Assembly: GCA_965153455.1 (NCBI GenBank)
Contig: OZ234493.1
Coordinates: forward strand, 11,398,213 to 11,462,212
DNA from: Sphagnum compactum
Lineage: Eukaryota
Length of the DNA stretch: 64,000 bases
Direction: 5' to 3'
The notes beneath the pieces were generated by a model. The model saw nothing but the letters and a program-made list of their open reading frames with translations. It was not told where the DNA came from and did no database searches. Within the stretch, counting starts at the first letter, position 1; the number at the start of each line of letters is the position of its first letter. Shown piece after piece: positions 49,554 to 61,148 of this stretch. A program made the position numbers and the translations under genes.

Positions 49554-51022
49554 ATCTTAAACACATCTTCTGTGGCTGTGTATGGATTCATGATTTTCTT
49601 ATGGCTTCTCTCTCAAATCATCAGAAGCTGGAATCCTTCTTGAACTTTCTAATGGTGTTCTTGCTTGGGGCTACTATTGCTCTGCAATGAATGTAGGTGC
49701 TGTGGGATCTTCATAAATCAGAGAAAGGGCCTGAAGGTTGGGCCAGATTTGTGCCCATCATTCCCACGCACTGGTATGTCTATAGCCTGGGCTCAACTGT
49801 CGAATACAGTTTCCAAAATCTGGAGAAAGGCGTAGATAACCAAGGTCTCGCATGGGGTCATGTTGAGAAAAACTGGGGTCAGACATTTCCCGCTGGTCAT
49901 GTCTGGGTGCAGGCAATCTCAGCAGATAATACTTCACAGGTTTTTTTTAAAAAACTTCTCCTCCTCCACTGATCAACTCTGACAAAGAAACTTCTCAATT
50001 CGCTTTGAACATTTTCAGTTGCAGCTGCAATCACAGTTAATCATAGATCAAAGACTGCAAGGCTCACCAAGTCATTCTCTGCAAATACATAAATTATTTT
50101 CAATGTATGGTAAGCTGCAGGAATAATGAGGTGGGTCTTAGGATGATGAACACATTGATCCCCAACACTGACAACAGGCTCTCTTTGTTTGAATTCAATC
50201 TGGGGATGATTCCTGCATCCACTGGGATGTTGAGCTAAATTGAAGTTCAGAAGAAGCTTACTTTCACAATCTTGTTCAAAATTCTACTCTTCACAGATAA
50301 AACAAATAGATCTTCCTTAAAAGAGGTGTGATGTGCAGGTGGTGTGCTCAGGAGCATCTTTCAAGACTCCGGGAGGAAAGCTTGAATCACCGCACATTTT
50401 TGTACTAGGCTACCGTTCACCATCACACAAGCTGGATTTTCGCTCAAATGACTTGGGCATACTTTTTAAAGACATACATTTTGCTCCACAAGAAAGTCGC
50501 TTCTCTGTCACAGCTGTTGGTGCGTCACATTCTATTGAGGTAACATGATTAAACCTAGGGGCAATGTTAGTAGAGATGGTTAGATGTTTGTTTTTGTTTG
50601 AAGTAAGAGTAGGTAGTAAACGCCATCTTTACACCCATGGGGCATGCATGTACAGACCTTGGATGCTTGTTTTATCTGTGAAGAGTAGAGTTCTGAAGGA
50701 GAAAAAAAGCATGAATCTGGCAGAAACACAAACTGATGGTACTTGATGACATGGATTGCAGGTGTCAGCCTATGCTCCGTTTGAAACATTCTCAGATGCA
50801 GTTTTGGCACCAATGTCAAAAGTAGACTGGAAGCCTGCCTGCCGAGAGTCGTTTTTGGCAACAGTAGAAATCAAAGTGTATGAGCATTTAGCATGGGGTG
50901 TGGCTGGACAGAAGCTTGTGGAGCAACAGACATTTGAAAATGCAGCACTCGAGTTTGGTGAGGATTTACTCTCCACCACCACCAACAACGAAGAAGGTCA
51001 AGATGGTGAAGGAGAGAATTGA
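48008..51022 (+). CDS. Tocopherol-cyclase-like protein (divergent, not canonical VTE1), probable plastid transit peptide, 5 exons
   Basis: Exons 48008-48841, 49305-49484, 49697-49939, 50339-50539, 50762-51022. Motifs PH...FEGWFVRI, GPEGW...PTHWYVYSLGS, HVEKNWGQTFPAGHVWVQA, CRESF, ALEFG; Ser/Arg-rich N-terminus. Confidence 0.8.
48985..49365 (+). repeat. Three tandem ~129-bp copies spanning the intron 1 / exon 2 junction
   Basis: Units start at ~48985, 49115 and 49243. Each has ttgccatga.tgctgctg...aaatcag|gatg.aaggtttgtagaggtgga...tagggttaga. Confidence 0.9.
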
Positions 51023-52149
51023 ACTTGAACAACCAAAATGTAAAAGTTCCACTGACCCATAGTAGGGTTCCAATTATACCTGGTCCACCTCTGTTGCCAA
51101 TTGTATATATATTCCAGGTGGTTCAAACTTCATTTGTTTTGATTTGAGATGATTGAATTCCCAATTTTAAACACTTTTCCAATGCAATATCTTCAGTGTC
51201 AACTTCTTGAAAATTTTCTGGTTGAGCCAAACAGATTAGTCTTTGATGGATCTTCAAGAGATGGTCCTGTATTTCAATGGTTTTGCCTGATTGAATAAAC
51301 TCTGCTGCTCGGATTGTCTTGTTTTGCATGGAATGAACAATCCATGCAGTTAGTTCAGTGAGTAGAAAATTTTCACTTTCCATATGTTCTTCACTTTGTC
51401 ATTCTTGATTCAATACAGGATTTGTCTTGATCATATCGAGTACCCTTGTTTGCTCAATCTGTTACATTGAAGCTGAAAGATGGTTGTGCATTTTGCACTG
51501 ATCTCTTTAATCATCTCAAAAAAATTATTTTGTGCATAATTTGTTGAGTCTTGAGTTTAGCCAAAGTGTGATTTACAAGCAAATGTTGCATTTCGTGTTG
51601 CCATTGCATCCATCCCTCTCTTGACGATTTGTCTTCAATTCTATTTGGGATCTGGCAACTGACCACAAACACAACACCACTTTGCAGCAGTCTTATAACT
51701 ATCAATTAATTGAACACATCTCTGCAACTGATCAAATCAAATTTTTCTTCTCTCCCCTAAAACACCCACCGCCAAAACCAAGCCTGTGCATAGTTCCTCA
51801 AAACTTCCAAACCAAATTTCTTTCAAATCTTGTTTCAACATGCCATGAAACTATTCACAAGCTGGTGTGATCATTGCTCATTGTTTGAATTGAATTGTAG
51901 TGTCCAATTTGCATCTGTACCACTTAAGTATAGGGGAAAAGCCTGCTCCCAAAGGCCTCCCCTAATTGATGAGGGTTGTTGCAGCCTCACGGGTGTAGGC
52001 CTGAAAATTAGGGGAGGCCACTGGGAGCAGGCCTTCCCGAATGGAAAGAACAGTTTTTTCTTCAAATGGTGGAAGGGTCTTGAACCGATGAACAAACTTC
52101 TTATAAACCTCTTATAAACTTTATGAAGCAAAATAAACTTCTTATAAAC

Positions 52150-53460
52150 CTTCTTATAAGTGTAAGATCTCTCCCACTCTCAAGGACAGTAGGTGTTGTA
52201 TCCCTGTTTTTGTTGTAGGAGAGCTAATCGTGGATATAAGGTACCATTCAAATACATGAGGAAATTTCTGGAGTGTTTTATGATTACTATAAGGACTCTA
52301 AGAAGGTTGATTCTTACTTAATAAGCTCCAAACAAACTTTGTTGCAACATTGGAGGGTGTTTGGCAAATAAACTGAGGAAGCAACTGTCTCAGTTCCATT
52401 CGAGTAAAGGTTTGTTCCCACACATCATTTGTCAAATTCATACTATGATATGGTACACCGCGACTTCCTGCCAGTAAATCCAACCATGTTGCCTTCTTTT
52501 AGTGTTCAAGTTTTGAATATTGAACAATTTTTTTATGGGTTTGCTGCGGTTTTAATCATAAGCTTAAGGTGGACTTAAGGTGAACTAAGCCAACTTTAAT
52601 CCTAAGTTTATGAACTCTTGGACACATGTCTTTTGAGCAATATCTTTGACATAATACAATTAATCACAATGTTAACAAATTTTACCAAAACATGGTTTTA
52701 AATATTGAAATTTCATATTTATTACATAAGATTTGCACAAGATTTGAAAGAATGTATGAATAGTTTACTAGCAACAATGAAAGCATAGCAATGAAATCTA
52801 AAACACCAAGAATATTATGGAAAAAATTCTCCACCGGGTCATTGCATGGATAACCTCCTTAGATGGCGGGGCAAACCCTATGCAAGTCCCTCCTTCAATT
52901 GACACCTTAGGGGCTGTTACTTTGAAAACATCCTTGCCCTGGGGTGTCATCCTACACTTTTGATCACAATGAATAGGGAGGGAAGGTTTTTACACCTACT
53001 CCTTGAGTGGGAGGGATCTTACACCTATAACTAGGCATAATTTCCTTCCCACTCTTAAGGAGTAGGCGTAAGATCCCTCCTCTTTTTGCAAAGGGATATT
53101 CATGTACCCTAAAGTGTTAGGGTGAGGGCATTCCCAAAATAAGGGGCTAGGATTCTTGGTGATAACCGAGCCCAACCCACAATTTGGGGAATGTTTCTCA
53201 CTTGTGTCTCTTACTTGTGTGCTTTACCCATTGTAAAGCACATGGCAAATGTTTTCTTTAAACATTTGTAAATCATGAGGTGTAAGAGGAAGAGGGTTCT
53301 TATGGCTAGTATGAACGAGTGGGAGGGACCTTTACACCTATAAGTAGGCATAATTTCCCTCCTACTCCACAAGAGGAGCTACTCCTACTTATAGGTGTAA
53401 AGGTCCCTCCCACTCTTATGAAGTAGCCATAACATCACCTCCTCTTTTCTTGGAGGGATA
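52150..53460. repeat. Unclassified foldback-type repeat with inverted and direct modules; related block at 62520-62790
   Basis: Module gagtgggaggga.ctt(t)acacctataa.tagg recurs in both orientations; perfect 32-bp inverted repeat at 53317-53348 / 53384-53415. Confidence 0.6.
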
Positions 53461-56400
53461 TTCACAAAGGTAAGGTGCCCTCCAAGGAGAGTCAAAAATT
53501 ACTCTAAATGCTTTACAAATACCTATTAGGCTGCTTCTCCAATAGGCACTTGGAAGATGCATACAAAGCCAAGTTTGTGTTATGTGGATGAGTTTTATGA
53601 GGACTTTGAGTTATTCTTGGATCTTATCTCCTTTGATTGGGTACCTAGCCTTCTCTCCATCTTAGCACAAGACTTTTTTTCTTCAAATTGATTTTGTTGG
53701 AATTCCCATGGGTAAAGGAGGCATTATACTTATAGTGAGTTGGGACCCTTGGATACTTGCTATGAAAGAAACTGTAGTTTTTGGGAGGCAGGTGAACTGG
53801 GGAAGATGGTAACCTGACAAGCTTCTTCTTTTTCTTGGGGGATTGAACAACACGGAGTTTCCTTTTGGCCATTTTTTTATTGCTGATTGCTCTAGATCCA
53901 CTGCAAGCACCCCAACATGATGTTAAGCTAGCCGGCGATCTAGACTGCTTGCTTGATGGAGATGGAGAACGGGAATTGGCTACAGGTGAAGAAGATCTTG
54001 ATAGCAATGTTGGTGTTGCTGGTGCTGAAAGAGCTTTTGGGAGTCTTGGGCATTCGGCTTTCTCGCATTTCTTAGCTCTAGGAATTGTGGGTGTATGTTC
54101 TCGAAGGACATTATCAAAGGGTGAAAGCCAAGGCTCCTTCACATTTGGAGATGGTGGCTTTTTAATGGATTCCTTACCTTCTGGATCACTACTGATCTCT
54201 TTCTCCCTAGAAGTCTCTTTGATTCCTTGCTTATCAGGCTCTTTCACATTTGTCATTGACTCCCATCATCAATGATCATTAAGAAATTGATCTTTCTTGT
54301 AATGTTCTCTTCTTTTTGCAAATTTTTGATGTAACATCATTTGCTGACATCCCAAGAAAGATTTGACATTAATTGGTGATAGGTATATTTTCAAAATTAT
54401 TGTGAAAAAAAAAAAATTGCAGGAAAAAAATTGTTCCAAAACTCGAAACTTGGTTGAAATGTGATGAAATTTTCCTCCCAAAAAACAAAACCTTCTCAAA
54501 AAGCTGGTGAATTCTTTCTTAAATTTTTTGGAATTTATGACACAAATATTTGCCAAGATGAGAATTCGCCAAATAAAAAATGCAACGAGTCCTTCGCTTT
54601 TATAACTTCTTGTTCAAATACATCGTTATATCATATGACCCAATCTAGTATTTTGTCACTCATAAGAATTGAACTTTTGGACTTAAGGAACACTGACCCA
54701 TTTGGTGTGATTCCTGAATTAAATTAGTCAATCCATTTCTCTTCTTTAATTAACAATAGTCCTTCCTTATGGTAATCATTTTCCATCAATGGACAACATT
54801 GTTGAAAATGTAGCTGCTGATCTTAATGATGCACACACCTATTAACAACCCATTAGCAAAAAATATTCTTTGAAATCAAAATAGATGGACGCAATGTTTT
54901 TTCTTTCATTTTCTTGATATCGAAAATTTTGGAGAAGTTTAAGCCAAAAAAAATGTTAAAAAATTCGAATTTTACATTTTTTAAAATCCCAATTTCTTTG
55001 TCAAAAAGTGCCGAAATTTTGCTAAGAAAAAAAACATTGGATGGAAATTGCATGAAATTAGCTTCCACAAAGTTGATAGTCTCATTCACAAAATAGATAA
55101 ATGTGACAACAAAATTTTTGTAAAGGGTGTTGGGGAAATGTGCATTAGAAAGAAAGGGATGTCTTGGAGCCCAAGATTTTTGTAGATGAGGTATCTAGGC
55201 TTTTTGAAGAGATTAAGAAACCTTCCCTTTTACCCTCCTTTGTGATGGTGTCTCCTCAATGCTCAGTGTTTCTTTTGAATCATGACCTTTTGCAACATCC
55301 CAAATTATGGGTCCATGTTTCCCTCATCCCTTAAAATCACCTCCTATTTGCCAATAGTTAGATTAAGGGTATATGATTGCTTAAGGGCATCTTTACTCTT
55401 GACAAATGGAGAGGATTACTTTCGAGTATACAACTTATCCAAGTTAGTATCCCTCATTATAAACATAACACACACTTTCAAACAATAAATATTCACCCCT
55501 AAGCATTTCACATTTGTGGCCTAAATCTTGAATCTTTATGACAAATATCATTCATGAAAATCTCTAATTAAAAATGGTTTTGGTAATGTTAAAGACCTTG
55601 TAATTGAAGATATTGAACCAAGTTGTTGTCCTTTTTGCATGTGATCACAATTGGAGTAATTTTGAATTTATTCAATACAATAATCATATAATAGGTTGAA
55701 ATATATATATATATATATATATAGTAATTGTGTTTAGTAATTTATAGCTTAAAGGAAATGTATTTGATTTGAAAATTACAAAACAACACCATATCTTGTA
55801 TTTCCCAATGTTGTCTTTGAAATTAGCTTTATTTAGTGGGTATAGAACAATGAAACTTGCCAACAAGTGTACTTTGTGTATTTATGTCTAAAGGTGATAA
55901 CTTAGCATGAGTGCATTTTAATGCAAAAGTTTTTTGACTACAAGTTGACGTTCTAAAAACATTGCTTCAATTATATTGAAAGTTGATATAGGCAAACATT
56001 AAACAAATGTAATGAATTAGATACAACTTAATCTCCACGACTTTGGATATGTTTACAAGTTTGAATGTATTTGATGTTTGAATCAAATTAAAAGAATGTT
56101 TAGATATTTTTGTTGTCAAGTGTGTTAGTTTAACTGTTCAATTAGGTTTTAATTAGTTAGGGATAAACTAGGTTAATTAAGTTAATTAGTTAATTTTGAA
56201 CCAGTTCAAATGTGAATGAGGTTTGGGATATTTGTTACGGGATATAACCCCATTTTGTGTGATCTCAAATCACTTTTGGTGATTCAAAAACTGATTCACT
56301 TGGAACAACACAAGAATCCAAGCCCAAAACATAAGAAATCAAAACACTTACATAACAAAGAAAATTGCAACCCACATTGGCTAATGTGTGTTTTGGATGT

Positions 56401-58438
56401 GATGTACCATTTAGGGTATTTCTATGTTATGTGTGTGAGTGTGATGACAACAATGGTTATAGGCATCAACATAGGAGCGCACAACATAGCATCTCATTAG
56501 AGGATGTATGCATGGCCCATTGGTTTAAAATTGATTATTGTAAATGAGGGATGAATGTCCAAATTTAATGGAAGTTTTTTTAACATTGTTTTATTTTCAC
56601 CAATATCTAGTTTATGTAAAATGTTTTAGAATTTTTGGAAAGTTGCACAACAAATAAAAATTCAAATATCTTCTCCACACTAGCCTAAGGAAGGCATCTT
56701 GAAAACTTGCACAATGGATGTAAATCAAGGAAAATGAAAGCATTTGAAATAGTTGCACAATGAATGAAATTGAAAAACCTTGGTACTAATTTTTCAAGGA
56801 AGGCATTTATGGAAGTTTGGATGAAAACCAAAAGAAGTTGGCCACAATTCTTAAACAAGATGTTCAAGAAAGTTGCACAATCAATAAAACTACAAAGAAA
56901 TCAAAGCATGCAACAAAGTTGAACAATGGATGAAAAAGTGGCCATGTTCCCTTGCACTTCCCTAAGGAAGTTGTTGAAACCAACGAAATTGCACAATTGA
57001 TGAAAACTCAAGAAATTGGCCCCTTTTCCACATAAAAGGAATTTAAAGGAGTTGCACAATGGATGTAAATCTTGTGAAAATGTTGTTGTTTCAATGCAAA
57101 TTTTGAATTTTTTTTTGTTGTTTCAGATGATTATTCAAAGAAATTGAACCCCATTTAATAAAAGATTTTCCCATCCATCAAAATTTTTAACTTTCCCAAC
57201 TAAATGAACCATTCATGGTAAAAGGAGCCACAAGTGCCAAGGTCAGAATCCTTACCAAGGACTGCATTTTACACATGTCCTGCATGTATTAATCTATTAA
57301 ATACTGAAACTATATTTTAAATGTAATTTTTGGGACTAAATATCAATATTGAAACCAAACATGACCCATATTATAATTTTATTTTTATTTTTTGCATGAA
57401 GACCTAGATTATAGTAATGTACAATTTTGTTTTAACCATGATTACAAATTTTGAACCTTTTTAACCATTAAGGACGTATATAATCAAAATTAATAACATC
57501 CATTCAAAGGATTCAATACATATGCATTTTAAAATATAAACACATGTGGCCCTTCTTATGAAGTATATTAAAGCCCATAATAATTTTGAAAACATGTGGT
57601 GAACATTTGGGTAACAAAATGCATGTTCAAATTTTAGAGTCCTAAAAAGGACCCTATCAACAAATGTTTTGTGTATGATAAAGGGTGCAAACATGATAAC
57701 ATGAGCCACACCCGACCTTTTGGAACTACTTTTTAAACTGCTTTATTATTGGAATATTCCATAAAAAGTTTTGGAAAAAATCTTTAAAAATCATGATAAT
57801 TTTCTTTATAGTACTTTGATAAGGTTTGCATTAAAAATTTGTCCAGAATATGTCATTTAGAAACAATTCAAACTAGTGAACATGCCCTTTTACTACTTAA
57901 AAACACTGGTTATAGTATTTTATTAGTGTTTTTCATATTTTTTATTCATTTGATTAATTTCAATTTATTCACAAGTTCCCATGATATATTATGAATGTTA
58001 TCATATAAGTAAATCCTACAATTTCAACACATAATTAAATTACATTTTCAATAACATAGAACATTAAGCACTAGTTACACTTGTTGTGGTACATGTTACC
58101 ATGATTACACCCTAAAGGATGTAATAACATAGTGAAATGACTCCAAATTTATAGGATATCAATTTCATGAATAAACAAGCAAACCCCAAATTATGAACAA
58201 ATAATTTTATATATATAATTATTAATGATTTTTCAAAATAGTAGAGGTACAATTTTTCATTATAGTTAACAAGTGATTTGGTTCCTTTTATTGTGATTGC
58301 ACCCAAATCCATTTTCTTCCATCATCAAACCTTTCAAAAACCTCTAAATGATACAAGTTGGCATTCAAAGAAAATGAATATTGACCCCAAGGTGGACACT
58401 AAATGTTAAAATTTTGCATTATTTGTGTCAAACAATAT

Positions 58439-61148
58439 CACTAGTAGAAATTGGCCAAAATGTAATCACTTTATTTATGACTACATGCGACTATTAGATA
58501 TTTGCAATTACATTTGGACATTTTTGCAACTATTTTTTGTTTTGGTCATATTTGCGATTACATTGCAATTAGTTTGCAACTATTTTGGTGTTCATCGTTC
58601 CATGTGAACAACGTTTAGTTTGGTTTTCATCCAAGCAGAACAAGTTATATCCCATTAGTTGCAAATGTCATCAAATTAGTTGCAACCCTATGAATATACA
58701 AAGGTGTATTTTGTGAATTCTAAGGAATATAATTGGGTGTACTAATATTTATGAATGTACATTTTGAATGTATATGAACACCATATTCCATGTGTATTCA
58801 AATAATATTATTAACATTAATAACCTTAATATGATGGTTACACTAATTGGTGTATATTTTAAGTATATTAAAATTTTATTTAAAATATTTACTAAATATA
58901 TTGTGCCCATATTACAAGTTTATCCAAACCATCTTATTATATTTTTTCAAATTATTACAAATGATATTTATTAATATTAATATTATATGTTTATATTAAT
59001 TACATGTAATGAAAATATAAATTTCAATATTATCTTCCATTTATTTTTTTAAAACAGTAATATTTTATTACATAATGATCATAATGATGATGATATTAGA
59101 ATGATAGGAAATATAATTATATAATTATTAAAATAATTACTAAAAATATAATATCCTATTATATTTTATTAAATTATTCAAATGACTAATGTATTTATTA
59201 AATTTTAATTTTTTTATTCATTAAAAAATTAAAAAAATCATAACAGATCTAACAAATGACATAATAATATATAATAAAAAATAGCTAACCTAGGCTACCT
59301 ACAAATTACATTAATATTAATAATAATATTATTATTATAAGTTATCAATTATGAAATATCACTATATTATAATAATTACCAAAAATATTAATATATAGTT
59401 TTAATTTTTTATATTTCAAAATTATAATTAATATTTATTAATTATTAATTATTCAATTATTATAATCAATTACTGATATATATATTTTTATTTTCAGTTT
59501 TATTATTTTATTATAATTACTGTAATAGTTAGAATGGAAATCTAATAAATTAATATACAAATGCAGAAATTATTTTTGAAGGAAAATTATTCTTTTTAAA
59601 AATATGAAATATTTATTGTAATAATTCATAAATAAGCATAATGAGTGAAGTAATAATATGAATAATAAAAGTAAAATAGTAAACATTGGTTACCAACTAA
59701 TTACAATAATAATTGATTTAATGTTATTGCTACTATTAAATATTTACATTTATATTTATTATGAATTGTAAAAATGAAAATAATAATGGGAATAATTGTA
59801 ACAAAATAGTTAGCCTACATTAGCTTTTAATTATATTATTAGATTAAAAAAATAATACTCAATTTTTATGATCATTAATTATTAATTACTGAATATTTTG
59901 ATTCATTATATTAATTTTTTGGTTATTAAATATTAATTAATGAATTATGAATAATTAGCTATTTATTTCAATATTAGCCAATTATTGGTTAATGAAATTG
60001 GTTGATAGATCAATATACTTCATATATAATGAAAATTATATACTAATATTTTTATCTAGTTAATTAATTAAACAATAGTTAATAATAACTAATAATATAA
60101 TTAATACAGTAGTCATAATATATTGATGATTATTACTATAAATAATTAGTTAGTTGGATAATTTATAAAATGAATTAGTTAATTTCTAATTTAGTTGTTA
60201 ATTAATTAATTAACTAACTTATTGATTTATTTGTCTTTTATTTTATTCATTAAATAATTAGTAATTTTATTAGTTAATTAGTTAGCTAATTAGTTAGCTA
60301 GTTAGTTATCACTTATCTATTTAATTATATATTTTTCAAGATGAGAATGAGAACCAAAACATATGGGATAAACTTTTTAGTTGCAAGTCATTTGTGACTA
60401 AACATTTTTAGTTGCAAAAGACTTGCAACTAAAAAGTTTATCCCATATGTTTTGGCTTTCATTCTCATCTTGAAAGTATATAAACAAGGTGTTTTGTTTT
60501 TATATTTTCATATTTAAAAACATGGACATATGGGATGACCCATTGAAAATGACTTAACCCAAAATAAAATAAAAATATTCATGTGTTTACACCTAACTAC
60601 ATACTTCCCTAACTTACTTACCTACTTTCCTACCTACCTACCTACCTAAATAGATATTTGGCCTAGGTAAGTAAATAGGTTTTATCTAGATATGTGTTTA
60701 ACTTAAAAAGGTAGGTAGGTATTTAGTTCAACCTACATACCTAAATATTGATTTAAATTGAATTTGGACAAATTCAATTAATATGCCACATGGCAAATTT
60801 CTATTGCACCACGTGTCACAATCTAAACCATCCAAATATAAAATTTAAATGTCTTGGATTATTTCAAAATAATAAAGATATATTTTTAATTATTAAAAGT
60901 TGGAACACATGGCAACACATAATTTGTTCCCTTGTTCACCAAAAAAGTCGCATCCTAGTTGCAAGTGACAATACGTATATGACAAGTCAAAGGATAAAGG
61001 TGTATTTTGTTGATTTTTTTTTTCATCCAAAATTCGTTGTCGTTTGCGACTTGTCCAACGCGACTATTAAGATTTTAGTTGCAAATGTCGCTTGCAACTA
61101 AAAATTAGTCGCAAGGACCAGTTGCAAAATGGCCATTGTCTACTAGTG
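58439..61148. mobile_element. Non-autonomous CACTA (En/Spm) DNA transposon
   Basis: TIRs CACTAGTAGAAATTGGCCA / TGGCCATTGTCTACTAGTG; 3-bp TSD TAT on both sides; many subterminal ttgcaac/tgcgact motifs; no ORF, very AT-rich core. Confidence 0.9.

Noticed and set aside
14493-51022. Three transporters plus a cyclase on one strand as a metabolic gene cluster
   Set aside because: Unrelated substrates, separated by TE-rich spacers, and no evidence of co-regulation in the sequence.
51123-51705. Minus-strand coding-like fragments
   Set aside because: Interrupted by stops and no recognisable family.
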